30,476 bases of DNA from Steroidobacteraceae bacterium (lineage in GTDB: Bacteria; Pseudomonadota; Gammaproteobacteria; Steroidobacterales; Steroidobacteraceae), in NCBI GenBank assembly GCA_035642735.1, contig DASQRV010000234.1, forward strand, positions 1 to 30,476, read 5' to 3'. The notes under the pieces are model-generated. The model searched no databases and had not been told where the DNA came from. It worked only from the letters and a program-made list of their open reading frames with translations. Positions within the stretch are counted from its first letter, which is position 1, and each line of letters begins with the position of its first letter. A program made the position numbers and the translations under genes. Positions 1-6,968 of this stretch are shown here, in pieces.

Positions 1-46
1 GGCGGTAGCGCGCGTGCACGCGCCAGGCGAGCACCAGCAGGCACAT
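1..46 (-). CDS. NRDE/TANGO2-like (DUF833) protein, 5' fragment running off the window edge
   Basis: Minus-strand ATG at 46 reads MCLLVLAWRVHARYR, resembling the MCL-hydrophobic N-terminus of NRDE-family proteins. It starts 2 nt after the nudC stop. Only 15 codons are visible. Confidence 0.65.
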   Translation of the reverse strand, partial: MCLLVLAWRVHARYR

Positions 47-48
47 GA

Positions 49-945
49 CTAGGCGCTGCCCTTCAGCCAGCTCTCGATCAGCCGCCACGAGATCGACTGT
101 GTCGGCGGGGTGAGCGCCTCACCGGCGTGCACCTGCTCGCGTGTGAACCAGCGGGCGTCCTCGAGCTCACCGCCGACACGGACTTCGCTGTCAGCGGGCG
201 CGCGCGCCTTGAAGCCGAGCATCACGGAAGAGGGGAACGGCCAGGGCTGCGAGGAGTGATAACGCACCTCGGTCACCATCACGCCGGTCTCCTCCGCCAC
301 CTCGCGCAGCACCGCATCCTCGAGGCTCTCGCCCGGCTCGACGAAGCCGGCGATGGTGGAGTAGCGGCGTGGAGGCCAGCTCGCCTGACGCCCGAGGAGT
401 GCGCGCTCGCCGTCACTCACCAGGACGATGATCGCCGGGTCGATGCGCGGAAAGTACTCCTGCGCGCAGTTCGGGTCGGAGCACACGCGGCAGTGGCCGG
501 CCCGCGTTGCGACCGTGGGCGCCCCGCACACGCCGCAGCGGCGATGCCGCGCGCGCGAGATCACGAGGGCGCGCGCGTAGGCGAGCAGCCCCGCTTCATC
601 CGCCGGCAACTGCGCGGTGAGAGGCCGCAGCTCCGCGAGCTCGGTGCCGGGGGGCAGCTCGAGCGAGCGCCCGACCGGCAGCTCCGCGAGGATGCAGCGG
701 GCGCCCTGGAACCAGCCGAGCAGCACTTCGCTGCCCGGCTCCACTGCCGCAACGAGCGGCGAGCCAGCGCCGAGCAGCGCGACGTGCGGCTCCACGCCGC
801 TCTGCAGCAACTCCGCGGTGCCCTGGGAGATGAGGTAACGCGTCGCGGGATCGGCGCGCGCTGCCGCGAGCCACTCCGGGTCATCGCGTTCCTCGGATCG
901 CCGATCGATGTAGGGACCGGCGAAGAAATTCGGGCGCTCGCGCAT
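49..945 (-). CDS. nudC: NAD(H) diphosphatase (NADH pyrophosphatase)
   Basis: Zn-ribbon CGVCG...CRVCSDPNC, FPRIDPAIIV, Nudix box GFVEPGESLEDAVLREVAEETG and the NudC signature SQPWPFPSSVMLGF. Confidence 0.95.
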   Translation of the reverse strand: MRERPNFFAGPYIDRRSEERDDPEWLAAARADPATRYLISQGTAELLQSGVEPHVALLGAGSPLVAAVEPGSEVLLGWFQGARCILAELPVGRSLELPPGTELAELRPLTAQLPADEAGLLAYARALVISRARHRRCGVCGAPTVATRAGHCRVCSDPNCAQEYFPRIDPAIIVLVSDGERALLGRQASWPPRRYSTIAGFVEPGESLEDAVLREVAEETGVMVTEVRYHSSQPWPFPSSVMLGFKARAPADSEVRVGGELEDARWFTREQVHAGEALTPPTQSISWRLIESWLKGSA

Positions 946-978
946 CGAAGCCTGCCGCGCTCCTTTGAGGTGGTGCGG

Positions 979-992
979 CGGATTCTAATCCG
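979..992 (-). promoter_or_regulatory. Palindrome CGGATT-ct-AATCCG overlapping a TAGAAT -10-like box upstream of nudC
   Basis: 6-bp inverted repeat with a 2-nt spacer, seen directly. The minus strand reads TAGAAT inside it. Function is inferred. Confidence 0.35.
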
Positions 993-1015
993 GCGCCGTG
1001 TCATTCCGGCGTGCT

Positions 1016-1636
1016 TCAGCCTGGCTGTGCCGGACCTGAGCAATGCGTACAGCGCGAGGCACGCAGCGGGAAGCGCTCGGTGACCATGAGGCTGCCGCAG
1101 TCGCTGCAGGCGCCGAGGCACAGCTGATCGCCGCGCGCGAGCGCGGTGGCGAGGAACACCGCGTGCTCGAACGAGATCTGCGCCGAGGGCAGCATCAGGC
1201 GGAACGCCTCGAACGCCTGGCACAGCAGCTCCCCGCGCGTCACGCCGGGGAGCGTGGTGCCGGTGATGCGAGCCGCGGCGGTCGCGCCGGCCGCGGCCGG
1301 TGGCACTGCCGCGCCGCCCAGTGGGGCGCTCGCGGCGCCGGGCATCCCCGCGGGTACGACACCGAGCAAGGACAGCATGCTCGCGAGCAACGCGGTCTCC
1401 TGCTGCAGGCGCAGCGAGCGGGTGAAGTAGGCGACCTGGTGCGGTGACTTGCCGCGATGGCGCGGCAGCTGGCGCCGCGCCTGACTCATGTAGGAGCGAT
1501 AGAGCTTGCGGATGCGATCGTCGGACAGCCCGGTCCAGGCCCGGATGGTCTGCGTGCGCGCCTCGTGACGCAGGAAGCGCAGCGCCAGCTCCATGCGCGC
1601 GCGCTCGCGGCTGTAACGATCGTCCGAGATGCGCAT
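1016..1636 (-). CDS. FlhC-like transcriptional regulator subunit with C-terminal Cys4 zinc site (206 aa)
   Basis: Start reassigned to ATG 1636 (MRISDDRY). ELALRFLRHEARTQTIRAWTGLSDDRIRKLYRSY aligns without gaps to the FlhC segment [34 protein letters not shown] (recalled). RGKSP-x4-YF parallels KGMLP-x4-WF. C-terminal CSDC-x15-CTHC parallels the FlhC zinc site. Confidence 0.75.
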   Translation of the reverse strand: MRISDDRYSRERARMELALRFLRHEARTQTIRAWTGLSDDRIRKLYRSYMSQARRQLPRHRGKSPHQVAYFTRSLRLQQETALLASMLSLLGVVPAGMPGAASAPLGGAAVPPAAAGATAAARITGTTLPGVTRGELLCQAFEAFRLMLPSAQISFEHAVFLATALARGDQLCLGACSDCGSLMVTERFPLRASRCTHCSGPAQPG

Positions 1637-1643
1637 GGCTGAA

Positions 1644-1698
1644 TTTTGGTGAAAATTGACCAAAACGCAATCGGGCAAAATTGGGTAAAAATCCCCAA
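1644..1698. promoter_or_regulatory. Two operator-like palindromes (TTGG-N10-CCAA) in the AT-rich divergent promoter region
   Basis: TTTTGGT-gaaaattg-ACCAAAA at 1644-1665 and TTGGG-taaaaatc-CCCAA at 1681-1698. Both have an 8-nt A-rich spacer, and the TTGG cores are 35 bp apart. Confidence 0.55.
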
Positions 1699-1767
1699 AT
1701 CTGCACTGGCGTCCGCGGCGCCGTCCGCTACGATAAGAACGCGCTGTTGGTGTGCAGAGGTGGCGGG

Positions 1768-2493
1768 ATGCTACTGCATTGCGAGAGCGGGAGCGGCGCG
1801 GCGGACGATGGCGCAGCGCTCGCTGCCAGCTGGCTGCGAGCCGGCGCGCTCGATTCGCTGATCGAGCTGAACGAGTTGGGTCTGTCATTGCTCGCGGAGC
1901 AGGCAGCGGTGCGCAGCGGCCCACCGGGTGGGCTGCTGCAGCAGCTCGGCGAGCTGTGGCAGCGGCTCGATGCAGCGGCACGCCAGCGTGCTGCGGCCTG
2001 CCCGTACCTGCTGCTCGATGCCGGCTTTGCCGACCCGTTGCGCTGGCAGGTGCCGCCCGCACCGCAGGTGGGTGATGCGGGCGGCCACCGCTACACGTGT
2101 TACTTCACCGTGCCCGCCACGGCGGAGGTCGCGCGGCTGGTGTTCATTTACGCCTGGCATCTCGCGCGCTCCCAGTCGGCCGCGGCGCGGCTGCTGCTCG
2201 GAATGCCAGCCTCGAGCGCGGCACTGATCGGCCACTACACGCTGCGGCAGATTCAGACTCTCGCCGAGACGCACCTCGAGTGGCTGCGGCCGCGCTGGCC
2301 GGCGCGCGTGCAGGTGTGGCGCGAGCTGCTGCTCGCGGCGGTCTCCGGGGACGTGGCGGCACTCGAGCGCGCGCGGCTCTGGGGGCTGACGCTGCTCGCC
2401 GCCGAGGTCCGGCTTGCGCCCGCCCCGTGGCCGCCGCGCGCTGCCCTTCCCGCGGCTCCCGCCTTGCATTCCACGATCGCGCCGTCGCCCTGA
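1768..2493 (+). CDS. FlhD-like protein, probably two tandem FlhD-like domains (241 aa)
   Basis: ATG 1768 has GAGGT 6 nt upstream. The C-terminal half FIYAWHLARSQSAAARLLLGMPASSAALIGHYTLRQIQTLAETHLEWLRPRW aligns without gaps to FlhD [52 protein letters not shown] (recalled). The N-terminal half (LIELNELGLSLL...RQRAAACPYLLLDAGF) looks like a weaker copy. Confidence 0.68.
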   Translation: MLLHCESGSGAADDGAALAASWLRAGALDSLIELNELGLSLLAEQAAVRSGPPGGLLQQLGELWQRLDAAARQRAAACPYLLLDAGFADPLRWQVPPAPQVGDAGGHRYTCYFTVPATAEVARLVFIYAWHLARSQSAAARLLLGMPASSAALIGHYTLRQIQTLAETHLEWLRPRWPARVQVWRELLLAAVSGDVAALERARLWGLTLLAAEVRLAPAPWPPRAALPAAPALHSTIAPSP

Positions 2494-2558
2494 GGGCGGA
2501 TGTCCGTTTTTGATCGATGGGCGTCTCTCGCCCCTGTGGCGCAGCGGTTTCGGCTGCC

Positions 2559-2580
2559 GGAAGATATTGCCGAATCTTCC
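2559..2580. promoter_or_regulatory. Inverted repeat GGAAGAT-N8-ATCTTCC upstream of the cysteine hydrolase gene
   Basis: Perfect 7-bp arms ending 17 nt before ATG 2598. Confidence 0.4.
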
Positions 2581-2597
2581 CGCAAAGGCCGAGGACC

Positions 2598-3158
2598 ATG
2601 AAGCAGGCTTTGACCGTCGTCGACGTCCAGGAATCCTTCCGCCGGCGCCCCTACTTCCAGGAGCAGGAGCTGCCCGCCTTCCTGCACAACGTGCAGTCCC
2701 TCATCGACCGCTGCGAGTCGCGCGGCATCCCCATCGTGCAGATATTTCACGAGGAGCCGGGCGAGGATGCCGGCAACCCGTTCACGGCCGCCTCCGGCGG
2801 CGTGCGCGCGATGCGCGAGCTCACGCTGCGGCCCGACGCCGTGTTCCGTAAATCGGTGCACTCGGCGATGTTCGCGCGTTCCGCGGAGGGCACGACGCTG
2901 GAAGAGTGGCTGCGCCAGCGCGGCGTCGCCGAGTTGCTGGTGACCGGCATCCGCACCGAGCAATGCTGTGAGACCACCACACGCCATGCTTCCGACCTCG
3001 GCTTCAGCGTGCGCTACGTGACCGACGCGACGCTCACCTTCCCGATGCGGACGCGCGCGGGGCGCGAGGTGTCGGTCGCCGAGATCCGCGAGCGCACCGA
3101 GTTGGTGCTCGATGGGCGCTTCGCCCGGGTGGTCACGACCGCGGCCGCCCTGTCCTGA
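2598..3158 (+). CDS. Cysteine hydrolase / isochorismatase-family protein
   Basis: Start MKQALTVVDVQ after a GAGG RBS. Catalytic triad pattern D (VDVQ), K (RKSVHSAMF), C (GIRTEQCCETT), followed by TRHASDLGF. Confidence 0.9.
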   Translation: MKQALTVVDVQESFRRRPYFQEQELPAFLHNVQSLIDRCESRGIPIVQIFHEEPGEDAGNPFTAASGGVRAMRELTLRPDAVFRKSVHSAMFARSAEGTTLEEWLRQRGVAELLVTGIRTEQCCETTTRHASDLGFSVRYVTDATLTFPMRTRAGREVSVAEIRERTELVLDGRFARVVTTAAALS

Positions 3159-3190
3159 GTCACACCGGCGCCGCGATCGGGGAGGAGCGG

Positions 3191-4189
3191 ATGTCTGCGG
3201 TGCGGACTCGCGCAACCGAGGTCGTGTTCGTGCTGCTGCCCGATGTGGTGCTGCTCGATGTGGCCGGGCCGGCCGACGCATTCCGCAACGCCGCCAGTCG
3301 CATTCCGGGCAGCTACCGGCTGCGCTTCGTCGCGCCGCAGCCGGCCCTCGCGGCCGCCGTCGGGCTGAATCTGAGCGGACTCGAGCCGCTGCCCGAACGC
3401 CTTGCGCCGGGGACGATCCTGGTGCTCACCGGCGTCAGCGGCGCGCTGATCGATCCCCAGGCGCCCGCGATTCGGTGCGTGATCGAGTGGTTGCGCGAGT
3501 CCGCCCGGCCCGCGCTGCTCCTGTGCGTGTGCGCCGGCAGCGTGATCGCGGCCTACGCCGGGCTGCTGGCCGGGCGCGAGTGCACCACGCATCACTCGCA
3601 CATCGAGGAGCTGCGCCGCGTCGAGCCGGGTGCACGCGTGCTGGACAACCGCATCTTCATCGAGGACGGAACGGTCTTCACCAGCGCCGGCGTCACTGCG
3701 GGACTCGACCTTGCCTTGCACGTCATCGGCGAGCAGCACGGTCCGCGCCTTGCCGCGGACATCGCCCGCGACCTGGTGGTGTACCTGCGCCGCGCGGGCA
3801 CCGACCCGGCGCTCTCACCCTGGGTGATGCATCGCAACCACCTGCACCCGGCGGTGCATCGCGTGCAGGACGCCGTGGCACGCAACCCGGCGGCCAGCTG
3901 GAGCGCGGCCGAACTCTCCGCCATCGCCTGCACGAGTGCGCGCAACCTGTCGCGGCTGTTCGCCGAGCACGCCGGCTGCTCGCCGCTCGACTATGTGCAG
4001 CTCATCCGCTTCGCTCTCGCCAGGCAGATGGTGATGGGGAGTCCGCTCGACCTCGAGCACGTCGCAGCCCGCGCGGGCTTTCGCTCGGCGCAGCATCTGC
4101 GGCGGGTGTGGTCGCGCTGGGAAGCGCAGCCGCCGAGCGCCTTGCGGCTGCGCGGCGCGGCGTCGCGCGCGAGCCGGCCGCGGGACTGA
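3191..4189 (+). CDS. GlxA-family transcriptional regulator (DJ-1/PfpI domain + AraC HTH)
   Basis: LLDVAGPADAF, CVCAGS, CTTHH, TSAGVTAGLDLAL, then AraC HTHs (SARNLSRLF; VAARAGFRSAQHLRR). GGAGG RBS upstream. Confidence 0.9.
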   Translation: MSAVRTRATEVVFVLLPDVVLLDVAGPADAFRNAASRIPGSYRLRFVAPQPALAAAVGLNLSGLEPLPERLAPGTILVLTGVSGALIDPQAPAIRCVIEWLRESARPALLLCVCAGSVIAAYAGLLAGRECTTHHSHIEELRRVEPGARVLDNRIFIEDGTVFTSAGVTAGLDLALHVIGEQHGPRLAADIARDLVVYLRRAGTDPALSPWVMHRNHLHPAVHRVQDAVARNPAASWSAAELSAIACTSARNLSRLFAEHAGCSPLDYVQLIRFALARQMVMGSPLDLEHVAARAGFRSAQHLRRVWSRWEAQPPSALRLRGAASRASRPRD

Positions 4190-4199
4190 AGGCCTCCCC

Positions 4200-4874
4200 C
4201 TACGAGCCACTCTCCCTGGCCACCAGGTATCTCACCAGCTCCATGACCTGATCGTTGGTCTGGACCGAGTCGCGGATCACCCGGTACTTGCCGTTCACGA
4301 TGAGGGTGGGCGTGGATTCGACGTGCATGGCCAGGATCTGGGCATCCGCGGCACGTACCTTGCTGTCGATCGCGAAGGAGTTGGCCATCGCGAGGAACTT
4401 CTGCGGATCGACGCTGGCGACGCGCGCATAGAAACGCGCGGCGTCGGCGAGGGAGGGCAGCGGGTCCTTGAGGCGGTTGCCGGCCGTCGTGACGCCGAGC
4501 TCCCCGGTCTTCCAGACGGCATCGTACATCGCCTGGTGAGTGCGCTCGGCGATCCCGAGCGCCTGGGCGGCGAAGAAAGCGCGCTGGAACATTGGCCAGT
4601 CCTCCTGCGGGTTGAAAGCCGCGGGCAGGAAGACGATCTGTGCATTGGGTGGCAGGGTGCTGCGCAGCTTCTCCATCACGGGCTGAAAGGCATTGCAGGC
4701 GGGGCAGGCGTAAGAGAACACCTCTATAACCTCGACCTTGCCCGCCGGCACCGTGGTCTGTTGCGGCGGTGTGACGCGCACGTAGTGGATGCCCTCGGTC
4801 CAGGTGGCGGCAGGCGCCGCAAGCGGCAGCAACAGGGTCGCGACGGCAAGCAGGGAAAGGACGAGGCGAGTCAT
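4200..4874 (-). CDS. dsbA: Thiol:disulfide interchange protein DsbA-like
   Basis: Start reassigned to ATG 4874 (MTRLVLSLL..., signal peptide). EVFSYACPAC CxxC motif, cis-Pro loop VESTPTLIVNGKY. Confidence 0.88.
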   Translation of the reverse strand: MTRLVLSLLAVATLLLPLAAPAATWTEGIHYVRVTPPQQTTVPAGKVEVIEVFSYACPACNAFQPVMEKLRSTLPPNAQIVFLPAAFNPQEDWPMFQRAFFAAQALGIAERTHQAMYDAVWKTGELGVTTAGNRLKDPLPSLADAARFYARVASVDPQKFLAMANSFAIDSKVRAADAQILAMHVESTPTLIVNGKYRVIRDSVQTNDQVMELVRYLVARESGS

Positions 4875-4920
4875 GCGGATCTCCGGTCGATGAGGATTTG
4901 GGAACGCGGCTGCGGCCATA

Positions 4921-5832
4921 TCAGTAGATTGCGATCTCGCGGTGCCCGGCCGCATCGCGCGCGCCGCGGAACATGCCCTCGGTGCTGAAGTCCATGACGA
5001 TACGCGCGTCGCGGTCGATCGCGATGAGCCCGCCGTCGCCGCCAAGAGCGCGCAGCACCTGGTGTAGCAGCTCGTGTACCGCCTGCTCGAGCGTGAGCCC
5101 GCGGTACTCGACGGCCGCGCACACGTGGTGGGCGGCGACCGCGCGGATGAAATACTCACCGTGGCCGGTGGCGGATACCGCACACACGCCGTTCTTCGCG
5201 TACGTGCCGGCGCCGATGATCGGCGAATCGCCGACCCGGCCCGGGCGCTTGTTGGTCATGCCCCCGGTGGAGGTTGCGGCGGCGAGATCGCCCCGCGAGT
5301 CGCACGCTACAGCGCCCACCGTTCCCTGCGGCGCGGGCGGCACCAGGTCCGAGACGTGCTCGCCGCGCTGTTCGGACTCGAGTTGCTCGAGACGCTCGCT
5401 GGTGCGGAAGTAGTGGTTGGGGACCAGCGTGAAATGCTCTTCCAGCGCGAACTCCTCGGCCCCCGGGCCGACCAGCAGCACGTGGCGCGATTTCTCCATC
5501 ACCCGGCGCGCCAGGTCGATCGGATTCTTCACGTGCCGCACCGATGCCACCGCCCCGGCGCGCATCTGCCGGCCCTCCATGATGGCGGCGTCGAGCTCGA
5601 CGGCGCCATCGCGGCTGAGTGCTGCGCCGTGTCCGGCGTTGAACGAAGGATGATCCTCGAGCAGCCGCACGGCCGTGGCGACCGCATCGAGGCTCGTGCC
5701 GCCGGCCTCGAGCACCGCGTACCCGCCATCGAGCGCCGCTTCCAGCCCCTCCCGGTAACGGCGCTCGCGCTCGGGCGCGAGCGTCGCGCGTGGCACGGCG
5801 CCGGCGCCGCCGTGGATGGCGATTGCGTACAT
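4921..5832 (-). CDS. iaaA: Isoaspartyl peptidase / L-asparaginase (Ntn hydrolase), cytoplasmic
   Basis: Start MYAIAIHGGAG (ATG 5832). FNAGHG, ELDAAIM, catalytic GTVGAV, TSTGG, GRVGDSPIIGAGTYA. Confidence 0.92.
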   Translation of the reverse strand: MYAIAIHGGAGAVPRATLAPERERRYREGLEAALDGGYAVLEAGGTSLDAVATAVRLLEDHPSFNAGHGAALSRDGAVELDAAIMEGRQMRAGAVASVRHVKNPIDLARRVMEKSRHVLLVGPGAEEFALEEHFTLVPNHYFRTSERLEQLESEQRGEHVSDLVPPAPQGTVGAVACDSRGDLAAATSTGGMTNKRPGRVGDSPIIGAGTYAKNGVCAVSATGHGEYFIRAVAAHHVCAAVEYRGLTLEQAVHELLHQVLRALGGDGGLIAIDRDARIVMDFSTEGMFRGARDAAGHREIAIY

Positions 5833-5842
5833 GGCGGGTCCC

Positions 5843-6895
5843 TCAGTGATGCGCGTCGTCGCGGTACATGGCGATCTCGCGCCGTCCACGGGAATCGCGC
5901 GCGCCGCGGAACATGCCGACGCTGTTGAAGTCCATGGCGATGTTGCCAGCGCGGTCGAGGGCGATGATGCCGCCTTCGCCGCCGGTGCGGCGCAGCTTCA
6001 CCTGCACTACCTCGTGCACCGCCTGCGCCAGCGTCAGGTGGCGGAAGAGCACCAGGGCGCACACATCGTAGGCCACCACCTGGCGGATGTAGTACTCGCC
6101 CTCGCCGGTACCGGATACGGCACAGGACTCGTTGCTGGCGTACGTGCCGGCGCCGATGAGCGGGGTGTCCCCGACCCGCCCGCTGTGCTTGTTGGTGAGG
6201 CCCCCGGTGGAGGTGCCCGCCGCGAGGTTGCCGGCGCGGTCGAGCGCCACGGCGCCGACGGTCCCCATGCTGCTCGCCGCGCCCGCCATCACGGCCTGCG
6301 TGGTGGGCGTGCCGGCGCGGTGAGCGCTCTCGGCGCGCCGCGCCTCTTCGAGCTCGCGCTCGCGCGCCTCGGTGCGGAAATAATCGCGCGGCACGAGCAC
6401 CACACCCTGTTCCAGCGCAAAGTCCTCGGCGCCCTCGGCCACCAGCAGCACGTGCGGGCTCTTCTCCATCACGAGGCGTGCCAGCTCTATGGGGTTCTTT
6501 ACGTGCCGCACGCCGGCCACCGCCCCGGCGCGTGGTCCGGTGCCGTCCATGATGGCCGCGTCGAGCTCGGCGTCACCATCGCGGTTGAGCACCGCGCCGC
6601 GCCCGGCGTTGAACTGCGGATCGTCCTCCATGGTGCGAACCGCGGCTGTCACCGCATCGAGGCTCGTGCCACCGCGCTCGAGCACGTCGTAGCCAGCGTC
6701 GAGCGCGGCCGCGAGTCCGGCGCGGTAGGAGGCTTCGCCCGCCGCGGTCATCTTCGCCGGCTCGATGACGCCGGCACCGCCGTGGATGACGATCGCGATC
6801 GGCGGCGGCGCGGCGCCGCGCGCCGCGGCGGACAGCAGCGCTGCCGCCGCGATGAGCAGCACCGAGAAGAATTCGCTCAGCCTTGGGCGCGACAT
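5843..6895 (-). CDS. Isoaspartyl peptidase / L-asparaginase paralog with an N-terminal signal peptide
   Basis: Start at ATG 6895: MSRPRLSEFFSVLLIAAAALLSAAARG followed by IVIHGGAG. GTVGAVA, TSTGG and GRVGDTPLIGAGTYA are retained. Confidence 0.9.
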   Translation of the reverse strand: MSRPRLSEFFSVLLIAAAALLSAAARGAAPPPIAIVIHGGAGVIEPAKMTAAGEASYRAGLAAALDAGYDVLERGGTSLDAVTAAVRTMEDDPQFNAGRGAVLNRDGDAELDAAIMDGTGPRAGAVAGVRHVKNPIELARLVMEKSPHVLLVAEGAEDFALEQGVVLVPRDYFRTEARERELEEARRAESAHRAGTPTTQAVMAGAASSMGTVGAVALDRAGNLAAGTSTGGLTNKHSGRVGDTPLIGAGTYASNESCAVSGTGEGEYYIRQVVAYDVCALVLFRHLTLAQAVHEVVQVKLRRTGGEGGIIALDRAGNIAMDFNSVGMFRGARDSRGRREIAMYRDDAHH

Positions 6896-6968
6896 CGTTT
6901 CCCCGCAGCGGCTATGATCGAAGCGCTCATGGCGCACGCGCGTGCGTGCGGCGCGCCCCTTCATCCGG

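Noticed and set aside
1637-2062. Apparent ~380-bp overlap between ORFs 1016..2062(-) and 1681..2493(+)
   Set aside because: An artefact of longest-ORF start choice. Homology begins at Met 1636 and Met 1768, so the genes do not overlap.
10-6946. GC-only palindromes such as GCGCGTGCACGCGC (10-23) and CGCACGCGCGTGCG (about 6933-6946)
   Set aside because: Likely by chance at this GC content. The first lies inside a coding region.
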